This document shows, piece by piece, positions 45,801 through 56,900 of a DNA stretch of 64,000 nucleotides. The translations under genes were made by a program, and so were the position numbers. Location: the NCBI GenBank assembly GCA_044372775.1, contig JBIPNO010000006.1:60207-124206 (forward strand), read 5' to 3'. Below the pieces are notes generated by a model. That model saw only the letters and a program-made list of their open reading frames with translations, was not told where the DNA came from and ran no database searches. Origin of the DNA: Haloferula sp. (lineage in GTDB: Bacteria > Verrucomicrobiota > Verrucomicrobiia > Verrucomicrobiales > Akkermansiaceae). The stretch's first letter is position 1; each line of letters begins with the position of its first letter.

Positions 45801-46490
45801 CCGATGTTGCCGATGTCCCTGGTCAACGGCGGCGTGGTGGGGCGCTTCGAAGGGAACGACGTCCGCAACATCGACAACGCGCTGACCAACGATTTCAACG
45901 GACATCACCGGCTCGAGCCGGCGCAAATCGACTTGCTGGCCACCAAGATTGTCGAAGAAGTGCGGGAGCGCGGGCCCTTCCTCTCCATGTCGGAATTCGT
46001 CAACCGCCAGGTCCGGGCCGCTTCCGGCGGGGCGATGGCCGGTGCCCTGCAGTCCGCCATCGACGAGGCGGGAATCAACAACGGTTTCCTCGCCGGATCC
46101 GTCGAGCCGGTGCGCGGCACGGACGTGTCGGATCCCGCCACCTACGGGTTCCCGAACCCCGGGGCATCGGTCGGCAACCCCGCCGCCGGGGCTCCCGGCT
46201 GGCTCAGCCAGGGCGACCTGATGCGGGTGCTGGAGCCGGGGGCGACCGTCCGCGGCGATACCTTCGTGATCCGCACCTGCGGCGAGGCCTTCGATGCCGA
46301 TGGCAAGGTCGTGGCGCGGGCCTTTGCCGAAGCGGTCGTCCAGCGCGTGCCGGAATACGTCAACCCGGCCGACCGCCCGTCCGTCAACGTCTGGGACCCT
46401 GCGGTCGCGACCGCGGCGGAGGACAACAAGCGCTACGGCCGGCGTCTCAACCTCGTCTCATTCCGCTGGCTCTCCCCGGAGGAAATCTAA
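42888..46490 (+). CDS. Giant minor-pilin-like protein (Verru_Chthon cassette protein A / PilX-like N-terminus), 1200 aa
   Basis: ATG 42888; prepilin-type GG|FALVITLTLMVLLTL, ARSNARLALMLALGELQKHAGPD, AWHVADES, FNVNSVDVEAWKAVL, RERGPFLSMSEFVNR, VRGDTFVIRTCGEA, GRRLNLVSFRWLSPEEI. Confidence 0.8.
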   Translation: MKIRLHPKLVAWRQAGGFALVITLTLMVLLTLVAVGLLTLSSITLRATGQGEAMALARSNARLALMLALGELQKHAGPDKKVTAPCELLRQTPNMPRLTGVWDSWDAISSASASSPDYDGKKRDLFRSWLVSDAEPEAVRNREYDGPQGDTIRLVGPGTLGIGSPAPADMILAGKVPVARNGKADGAYAWHVADESIKARINAYRDPSQNQEPWQKSALLAGHRPDASAISAADGSGLSFLPGDATAGDFKASTELSGKLASLDQFELLPDGKPIGRFRHHVTPYSYGLLANVREGGLKQDLTSMFEMSPTTLPKPYDSANARLYETTHKITGTSDPFWSTLKGYYDVYKEATMKAATPVYYKAPQETVSLANAARVTPPRKFYPAPVISRVEMLFSVVVRESHGPWSAASTGLTEHTRMVHLLYAPVVTLHNPYNVSLKFDKLDLDINGIPIAFNFIVNGQPQNREPVSYNRMYVNLADRTAKAFMLSISDWGSFGSSAPSPITMKPGQSLVCGPYIDGNAIFGNAGHDGAAVFFDYSNNLTGNANARAKCKPGFLGKQVSFDVDWITPDNGPFSTDGNRGVLIVKPADRFYMEYKMRPNANDNGTATTDKMTVSAKLTSQGREMEIGGLQFDYDTSSIGKKYPDLYRYPDARSVPNDLLVENLWEPNLTPIKNHAKVKSFALLSARARTANGGVYDHGSRDKQARGENLLHDGSLAGVPLLHHNPARTPTVVDLKKDLPGRYSHELNLDPLKGSVDDLFDIDASNRGYLLTANKKLKGIKSGSYLELPTGPMQTIADFRRSNAMTSALLPNFVQPVANSYPSPLIPPEKFLQSGVVAYPLLDHSVLANHALYDRFYFSTFATYSNSRTPEKVFTGFMDRSQPLASQAFEPYLPEGKTVDEAKSELFSGARASANALNLAAEYQMVRTPFNVNSVDVEAWKAVLSSMSGETVQLLWATTSARGEKEGQSIPMLPMSLVNGGVVGRFEGNDVRNIDNALTNDFNGHHRLEPAQIDLLATKIVEEVRERGPFLSMSEFVNRQVRAASGGAMAGALQSAIDEAGINNGFLAGSVEPVRGTDVSDPATYGFPNPGASVGNPAAGAPGWLSQGDLMRVLEPGATVRGDTFVIRTCGEAFDADGKVVARAFAEAVVQRVPEYVNPADRPSVNVWDPAVATAAEDNKRYGRRLNLVSFRWLSPEEI

Positions 46491-46504
46491 TAGTTTCACC
46501 GCCC

Positions 46505-47212
46505 ATGACCCGGTTGCTCGCCTGCCTGCTTTCCCTTTCCCTTTTCCTGTGCCTGGCCGCCGCCGCCCAGGAAGCTCCCGCCGCCGGCAAGCTCCGGCTG
46601 CGGGCGGTGCTCCATGATCCGCTCAACCCCCAGGCCGAGCTGTATGTCCGCGACGCCAAGGGAGCCCTGGTCCGCCTCTACCTCGCACTGGAGGGACTCA
46701 CCGAGGCGCAGAACGTTTCCCTGACGGACGGATCCTTGCAGTTGTTCAGCTCCGCCACGGTCGATCCGGCCAAGCCGCTGGAGCATCTTGCCGCCACGGT
46801 CGCGGTGCCCGCCGACGTCAAGCGGGCGATCGTCCTGGTCTTTCCGGCCGCCGCCGAGGCCAAACCGCCTTACCGCATGGTGGTGATCGACGACGGCGCG
46901 ACCGCCTTCCCGAAGGCCGAGACCCGCGTGCTCAACCTGACCAAACTGCCGATGGCCATGAAAGCCGGCGAGCATTCCGTCAAGCTGCCGCCGTCCGCGC
47001 TGACCGCCGTGCCGAAAGTCACCAAGCTCAACGACCTCAACCAGGCCCAGACCGAATTCTACCGCAAGGGCAAGGGCGAGAACGAGTGGCTGCTTCTGGC
47101 CGAGCGGCCGATGCAGTTCACCGACACGATCCGCAATCTCATCCTCGTGTATCAAATGCCCAAGGTGGAGGAGCCCCAGTTGCGCACCCTGGTCGACACC
47201 GACCTGCCCTGA
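46505..47212 (+). CDS. Secreted hypothetical protein, likely partner of the giant pilin
   Basis: Signal peptide MTRLLACLLSLSLFLCLAAAAQE; starts 14 nt after the pilin stop; beta-rich body. Confidence 0.75.
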   Translation: MTRLLACLLSLSLFLCLAAAAQEAPAAGKLRLRAVLHDPLNPQAELYVRDAKGALVRLYLALEGLTEAQNVSLTDGSLQLFSSATVDPAKPLEHLAATVAVPADVKRAIVLVFPAAAEAKPPYRMVVIDDGATAFPKAETRVLNLTKLPMAMKAGEHSVKLPPSALTAVPKVTKLNDLNQAQTEFYRKGKGENEWLLLAERPMQFTDTIRNLILVYQMPKVEEPQLRTLVDTDLP

Positions 47213-47237
47213 GTGATGCCGGTCGGGTGAGGCAGAA

Positions 47238-47256
47238 TTAAATCAATCGTTTGACA
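47238..47256 (+). promoter_or_regulatory. Possible TetR/PsrA-type operator overlapping a TTGACA
   Basis: TTAAATCAATCGTTTGACA; the right half matches the GTTTG of the PsrA box, the left half is imperfect. Confidence 0.3.
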
Positions 47257-47287
47257 GCCGGAGGGGGCGATACCAGCTTCGCACGAA

Positions 47288-47992
47288 ATGAGTGCGGTCG
47301 CAGGAGATTCCAAGGTAGCCACCAAACAGCGGTTGATCGAAGCCGCCGAGGCCTTGTTCGCGGACGAGGGTTTCGACCGGGTTTCAGTCAGGGACATCAC
47401 CAACAAAGCCGGGGCGAACGTGGCGGCGGTGAACTACCACTTCGGCAGCCGCGAGGGACTGGTCGCCGTGGTGCTGGCCCGCTACATCAATCCGGTGAAC
47501 GAGGAGCGGCTGGCCCGGCTTGAGGCGTTGGAGCGCAAGGTCGGCGGCAAGCCGGTGCCGGTGGAAGAGGTGCTCGATGCCTTCGTGCGGCCCTTCGCCA
47601 CCCAGGTCCGCCGCTCGGAACTTTCCGAAAAACTCTTCTTCAAGCTGATGGGCCGGATGTTCGGTCAGGAAGGCTGCAACCTGCCGCCGGTGGTGGAGAC
47701 GCTCTTCGTCACCATGCTCAACCGATTCCAGAAGGCCTTCGCCAAGTCCCTGCCCGGACTGGCCGCGGAAGACGTCTGGTGGCGCATTCATCTGATGGCG
47801 GGCGCGATGATCCACACCATGGCCCACGCCGATACCCTCCAACGCTTTTCGGGCGGCGACTCCGGCAGCCCCTCGCTGGAGCAGACCCTTTCCCGCTTCA
47901 TCCGCTTCACCGCCGCCGGCATGCGCCAAGGCGCGGACGAGCCGCAGGAAGAAGAGAAGCCGAAGGGACCCCAGGTGGAGTTCCCGTTCTAA
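47288..47992 (+). CDS. TetR/AcrR family regulator, PsrA-like C-terminus
   Basis: TKQRLIEAAEALFADEGFDRVSVRDITNKAGANVAAVNYHFGSREGL; C-terminal WWRIHLMAGAM. Confidence 0.9.
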   Translation: MSAVAGDSKVATKQRLIEAAEALFADEGFDRVSVRDITNKAGANVAAVNYHFGSREGLVAVVLARYINPVNEERLARLEALERKVGGKPVPVEEVLDAFVRPFATQVRRSELSEKLFFKLMGRMFGQEGCNLPPVVETLFVTMLNRFQKAFAKSLPGLAAEDVWWRIHLMAGAMIHTMAHADTLQRFSGGDSGSPSLEQTLSRFIRFTAAGMRQGADEPQEEEKPKGPQVEFPF

Positions 47993-48002
47993 CAGGCTTG
48001 TC

Positions 48003-49400
48003 ATGAATCCCTCCCGTGCGAGCGCCCTGGCGGCGGTTCTGTTAGGCAGCTGCGCCTTGCAATCGCCCGCGTCCCGCAGCGGCGAGGCGGGGAGTGTCCC
48101 GGGTGCCTGGTCGACGACGCGCGAGGCGAAGGCCGGCGTTGACCGAAGGTGGGTGCGGACGATCGGCGGCGGGGAATTGGCATCGCTGGTGGACGAGGCC
48201 CTGCGTTCGAATCCCGACCTGCGGGCTTCCGCGGCGCGGGTCGATCAGGCCGCGGCGCTGGCGAAGATCGCCGGTGCGGACCGCTTTCCCAGCCTGGGCG
48301 TGGGAACCCAGGGCGGGCGGCAGAAGCAGAATTTCATCGGCTTCCCCGGCGGCGGCGGGAGCTCGACCAACAACAATTTCGGCGTTTCGCTGGAGGCGGC
48401 GTGGGAGGTCGATGTCTGGGGCAAGGTGAAGGCCGGCACCGAGGCGGCGATCGCCGACGCGCAGGCCCAGCAGCAGATCTACGAGGGAGCTCGTACTTCG
48501 CTGGCGGCCCAGGTGGCGAAGGCGTGGCTGGCGGTGGCGGAAGCCAACGAGCAAGTGGCGCTCGCGGAGCGGGCGGTGACCTCGCGGCAGGAATCCGAGG
48601 ACGCGGTGCGCAGCCGCTTCGAAGGCGCGCTGGAAGCGGAGGGCGGATCGGCCGCGCAGGTCCGGCTGAGCCAGTCGGACCTCGCGACCTCGCGCGCCCA
48701 GCTCGAGGCGCGGCGCGGCGACCGGGACCAGGTGCTGCGGCAGTTGGAGCTTTTGTTAGGCCGCTACCCGGCGGCGCGGATCCGCGATGTGGCGAAGCTT
48801 CCCCCGATGCCTTCGCGCCCGCCGGTCGGCCTGCCGTCGGAGCTGCTGCTGCGGCGACCGGACATTCTTTCGGCGGAGCGCCAGCTCGCGGCGGCAGGGC
48901 GGCGGCTGGACGAAGCGGAGAAGGCGCGCTTCCCGTCGATCCGCCTGACCGGCAGCATGGGCACGGCGACCGACCAATTGGGCGATCTTTTGAGCAGCGA
49001 CTTCGGCGTGTGGTCGCTGGGCGGCAGCCTGACCCAACCGATCTTCCAAGGCGGCCGCATCCAGGGCGGGATCGAGCGCGCGGCGGCGGTGGACCGCGAG
49101 TCGGTGGCGAACCTCCAGCGCGTGGTGCTCGGCGCTTTCGGCGAGGTGGAGCAAAGCCTGGCCGCCGAGCTTTATCTCCAGCGCCGCGAGGACGAGACCG
49201 CGTCCGCCGCGGCGCTGGCGAAGGAGGCCGCCAGCCGCGCCGCGGAGGAATTCCGCGGTGGCACGGGTGATGTCCTGACCTATCTGGCAGCCCAGCAGCG
49301 GGAAATCGACACCGCCGCGCAGGTCATCGCCCTGCGCCGGCTGCGGCTCGCCAACCGGGTCGATCTGCACCTCGCCCTCGGCGGGAATTTCACTCTCTAA
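48003..49400 (+). CDS. RND efflux outer membrane lipoprotein (NodT/TolC family)
   Basis: Lipobox LLGSC, AAWEVDVWGK, PVGLPSELLLRRPDI, LHLALGG. Confidence 0.92.
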   Translation: MNPSRASALAAVLLGSCALQSPASRSGEAGSVPGAWSTTREAKAGVDRRWVRTIGGGELASLVDEALRSNPDLRASAARVDQAAALAKIAGADRFPSLGVGTQGGRQKQNFIGFPGGGGSSTNNNFGVSLEAAWEVDVWGKVKAGTEAAIADAQAQQQIYEGARTSLAAQVAKAWLAVAEANEQVALAERAVTSRQESEDAVRSRFEGALEAEGGSAAQVRLSQSDLATSRAQLEARRGDRDQVLRQLELLLGRYPAARIRDVAKLPPMPSRPPVGLPSELLLRRPDILSAERQLAAAGRRLDEAEKARFPSIRLTGSMGTATDQLGDLLSSDFGVWSLGGSLTQPIFQGGRIQGGIERAAAVDRESVANLQRVVLGAFGEVEQSLAAELYLQRREDETASAAALAKEAASRAAEEFRGGTGDVLTYLAAQQREIDTAAQVIALRRLRLANRVDLHLALGGNFTL

Positions 49401-49413
49401 CATTTTCTAACGC

Positions 49414-50574
49414 ATGGAAACGGAACGGAAAACGGAGCTGCGGGCGGTGACCTCTTTCCTGGTCGCCCTCGGCATCCTGGTCGGTGCCGTCTTCGGAGCC
49501 ATCGTGCTGGTGACAAACGCCCGCAAGGCGAAGCAGGAGGAGACGCCGCGCGCCTTGCCGACGGTGGAGGTTTTCATGGCGCGAAAAGGCGGCCACGAGG
49601 TGATCATCCGCAGCCAGGGCGTGGTCGAAAGCCGCCGCGAGACGAAGCTCGCCAGCGAGGTCGCGGGGCTGGTCACCGAGATCTCGCCGAACCTCAAGCA
49701 GGGCGGGACGGTGGCCGAGGGCGAGGTGCTGTTGCAGATCGATGCCGCCGACTACCGCGCCGCGCTGGCCCGGGCGGAGGCGGCGCGGGCCGATGCCGAA
49801 CTCGCGCTGATCCAGGAGGAAGCGCGGGCCGCCCAGGCGAAGCGCGACTGGGAGCAGCTCGGCCGCGGCGAAGCGACGCCGCTGGTCCTGCGCGAGCCGC
49901 AGCTCGCCAGTATCCGGGCGCGGCTGGAATCCGCGGTGGCGGAGGTCGAGCGGGCGGCGCGCGATGTCGAACGCAGCACGGTGCGCGCGCCTTTCGCCGC
50001 CCGGGTCCGGCAGTCGCCGGTCGAAGTCGGCGTGGTGCTGGCCCCCGGCGGCATGGTGGCGGAACTTTACTCGGCGGAGGATCTGGAAGTGCGGATGCCG
50101 CTGTCGCTGGAGGACTTCGGCTTCATCGGCGAGGAGAGCCGGACAGGAATCAAGCTGCGCGGAAGCATCGGCGGCGAGGAACTCGAGTGGCCGGCCGAGG
50201 TCGCGCGGGTCGATGGCGAGGTGGACCGCCGCACCTTGTCCGCCTACGTGACGCTCAAGGTGCTGCCGTCCGGTGGCGCGCGGCCCTTGCCGCCGGTCGG
50301 GCTGTTCGTGCATGCCAGCGTGAAGGGCAAGGCGCTGGCCGATGTCTGCGAGATCCCGCGGACCGCGCTGCGCGGCGAGAACGAGGTGATCGTCGTCACC
50401 GCGAAGAACCGCTTGGAATTCCGCCGCGTGGAAGTCGCGCGGACCACCGGCACCCGCGTGATCGTTTCCAAAGGCATCGACGACGGCGACCGGCTCTGCC
50501 TGACCCGCCTCAATGCTCCCGTCAACGGGATGGAAGTCCTGGTCGAAGAGCCCGCCGAACCCGCCGCAGACTGA
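49414..50574 (+). CDS. RND efflux membrane fusion protein
   Basis: N-terminal TM, LASEVAGLVT, GEVLLQID, coiled coil, VRAPF, LPPVGLFV. Confidence 0.9.
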   Translation: METERKTELRAVTSFLVALGILVGAVFGAIVLVTNARKAKQEETPRALPTVEVFMARKGGHEVIIRSQGVVESRRETKLASEVAGLVTEISPNLKQGGTVAEGEVLLQIDAADYRAALARAEAARADAELALIQEEARAAQAKRDWEQLGRGEATPLVLREPQLASIRARLESAVAEVERAARDVERSTVRAPFAARVRQSPVEVGVVLAPGGMVAELYSAEDLEVRMPLSLEDFGFIGEESRTGIKLRGSIGGEELEWPAEVARVDGEVDRRTLSAYVTLKVLPSGGARPLPPVGLFVHASVKGKALADVCEIPRTALRGENEVIVVTAKNRLEFRRVEVARTTGTRVIVSKGIDDGDRLCLTRLNAPVNGMEVLVEEPAEPAAD

Positions 50575-50577
50575 ATC

Positions 50578-53796
<3,219 letters not shown>

Positions 53797-53929
53797 CGCC
53801 GATAGACGTCGTGATGCGGGTCCCTTGTGCCGTGAACCCCAGAGGAGAGGTCCTCCGGTCAGGTGTGAGTCCGACCCTGCCGGTTGAATCGCCTGCGATC
53901 CTGCTTTGAGGGGGAGAATGGGAATCGAC

Positions 53930-56900
53930 TCAAGGTCCGGTGACGCGGAGGCGGACGAACTTTTTCGCTCCGAGCGGTGCGGGGAAGGTGAAGGTGACGC
54001 TGTTGCCGGTGATGACGACGTTGCCGCTTAGGGTTTCGTCGGTCCAGGTGCCGGTGAGCGAGGCGGAGGTCTCGATCACGAAGTCGGTGCCGTGGACGCC
54101 GGGGTAGCTGGAGGACTTGGTCCAGGTGACGCTGAGGGTGCCGGCGTTGTGGGTGACGGAGGGCAGGGCGGTGTGGCCGGTGGTGTTGGTGGTGCCGCCG
54201 AGGAAGTATTCGATGCCGTTGGGGACGCCGTCGCCATCGTGGTCCTGGTCGAAGGCTCCGGCGGTGGCGTTGGCGGACTGCCAGGTGGCGTAGGAGTTCG
54301 GGGGAAGGCCAATGAGGTAGCCGTTGGCATCGAGGGTGAAGCTGGCGATGCCGGGAGCGGAGATGAGGGAAAGTTGGGTGGGGGTGAGTCCGCTGTTGGT
54401 CGTGCCAAAGCGCAGGGAAGAGCCGGAGACGAAGGTGCCGGTGAGGGCGAGGCTGCCGCCGGTCCAATTGACGGCGCTGCTGTTGGCGAAGGCGAGTGCC
54501 GCGCCGGGGCCGAGGTGGAGGGTGGCGGCGGCGGTGGGATCGAGGGTGCCGGCGGTGTCGCTGCGGGTGGTGGCGTCGAGCGTGGCGTTGCCGATGGTGA
54601 CGGGGGTGCCTGGCAGGACGTTGTTGGCTCCGAGGGCGAGGGTGCCGGCGAGGATGGTGGTGGGGCCGGCGTAGTTGTTGGACCCGGCGAGGGTCAGGGT
54701 GCCGGTGCCGGATTTCTCGAGGCCGCCGCTGCTGGTGCCGCCGGAGTTCAGGAGGGGATCGGCGAGGGTAAGGGAGAAGCCGTTGGTGTCGATCCTCGCG
54801 CCGTTGTTCCCGACGTTGAGCGTGAGGCCGGAGAAGGGCGGGAGGTTCGCGGCGGCGATGAATTGGCCGCCGTTGAAGTTGAGTTGCCTGGTGAGACCGC
54901 TGGTGACGGTGATGTTGGAGAGGGTGAGCGTGCCGCCGTCGAGGTGGACGATGGCGCTGGTCTTCGAGCCGGTGTTTCCGGCGTGATAGCGCAGGGTGTG
55001 GAGGGTGGCGGAGCCGCTGGCGAGGGTGAAGGTGCCGCTGGCCTGGCCGTTGCCGAGGTTGAGGGTGCCGGTGCTGGCGGTGTTGATGTAGGCGCCGCCG
55101 TCGACGATGAAGGTGCCGTCGCCGGCGCTGGCGGTCGCGCCGAGGACATCGGGGTTGGTGCTGCCGCCGGTCGACGTCAGGGATCCGCCGGCGAGGGTCA
55201 GGGTGCCGGTTCCGTTGTTGCCAACGAGCAGGCCGCGCTGGAAGGAGCCCGGGCCGCCGGACTGGAGGTCGCCGCCGGTGATCTGGTTGCCGCTGCCGAA
55301 GATGCTGAGGCGGGTGAGGGTGAGGGTGCCGGTGGCACTGAGCGTGGAGCCGCCGGTGGTGATGAGTCCGGTGGAGCTGCTGGTGGTGACGAAGCCGGTG
55401 GCACCGGTGGCGGTGAGGGATTGGTCGGCGGCGAGGATGAAGCCGCCGGTGCTCTCGAGGCTCGCCCCGTTGCCGATCGAGATGAGCGGCGAGGAGGGGA
55501 TGACATTGGATCCGACGAGCAGCGTGCCGGCGGCGATGGTGGTGTTGCCGGTGAAGGTGTTGGCGGCGGTGAGCCGCCAGGTGCCGGCGCCGCTCTTGGT
55601 CAGGCTGATGCGGCTGGCGGGGGCGGTGGCACCGTTGAGGGTGTTGTCGGCGATGACGCCGCGGATCTCGTTGGGCGTGGTGCTGTTTCCGAAGCTGCCA
55701 CCGAGGGCGAGGGTGCGGGCGGTGCTGCCGGTGGTGATGCCGACAGGAATGTTGAAGGCGGGGGCGGTGAAGACCAGCGCGCCGCTGCCGTTGTTGGAAA
55801 CGGTGGCGGTGACGCCCGCGGAGCTGGTCGGGCCGATCTGGAGGGTGCGGTTGGTGGTGTCCCCGCTGCCGGTGTAGTCAAGGGTGCTGGAGTTGGTGGT
55901 GGCGAGGGTGATGTCGCCCGAGGCGGGGGCGCCGAGGGAGGAGGCGCTGCCGAAGTTTCTCAGCGTGTTGATTTGAAGCGTGGACTGCCGGAGGTTGGTG
56001 ATGCCGGTGTAGGTGTTGAGGCCGTTGAGGACGAGGGTGCCGGTGCCCTGTTTGTTGAGGCCGAAGCCGCCGCTGACGGCACCGCCGATGGTGAGGGTGC
56101 CGCTGAGGATATTCTGGGTGGCGTTGGCTGTTAGAGCGACGTTGCCGGTGCCGAAGTCGAGGCCGTTGCCGCCTTGGCGGAAGTTGCCGGCCCAGATCAT
56201 CGGGTTGTTCGGAAGGGTGATGGCGGTGCCGCTGTCGTTGCGGAGCGTGGGGTTGTTCGAGCCGCCGAGGGTGAGGGTGCCGGTGCCGATGGCGTTGGCG
56301 TGATGGAGGGTGAGGGTGCCGTTCTGGAGGATGGTGCCGCCGGTGTAGGTGCTGGCGGCGGTGAGGACGAGGGTGCCGGCACCGGACTTGGTGAGGCCGG
56401 CGGTGCCGGTGATGGGGTGGTTGAGGGTGACGGTGTTGTTGACCACCTCGATGCCGGGGGCGGCGCCGGCGAGGGTCATGCTGTTGCCGGGATTGACGAT
56501 CCAGTTCTGGGTGCCGGAGGTGTCGCCGAACTTCCAGTCCTGGGCGGTGCGGTTGGCGGCGAGCGTGAGGGTGGTATCGGCGAGGAGGTCCACGGTGCTG
56601 AAGTCCGCGGTGTCGCCGGTCACCGGGGATGGCACGCTGTTGCCGATCCAGTTCGCGGCGGTGGACCAGCTTTGCGCGCCGCCCGCGGTCTGGGTCCAGA
56701 GGGTGGCGGGGGTGGTGGCGGCGAGGAGCTCGACCGCGGCGATGTTGATGCTATAACTGCCGCCGGTGCTGGTGGTGAAGGTCGGGGTGATGTTTCCCGG
56801 AGCGGCGACCTGCTGGTGGCCGGTGGCGAGGCTGCCCCATTGGCTGCCCCAGGCGGCACCGTGGGATGGGGTGAGCGGGGACGAGGCGGCGGGGGTGCCG

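Noticed and set aside
53857-53880. REP-like hairpin GCAG-GGTCGG-ACTCACA-CCTGACC as a firm feature
   Set aside because: Non-canonical foot and a short imperfect stem; mentioned only as a weak member in the REP finding.
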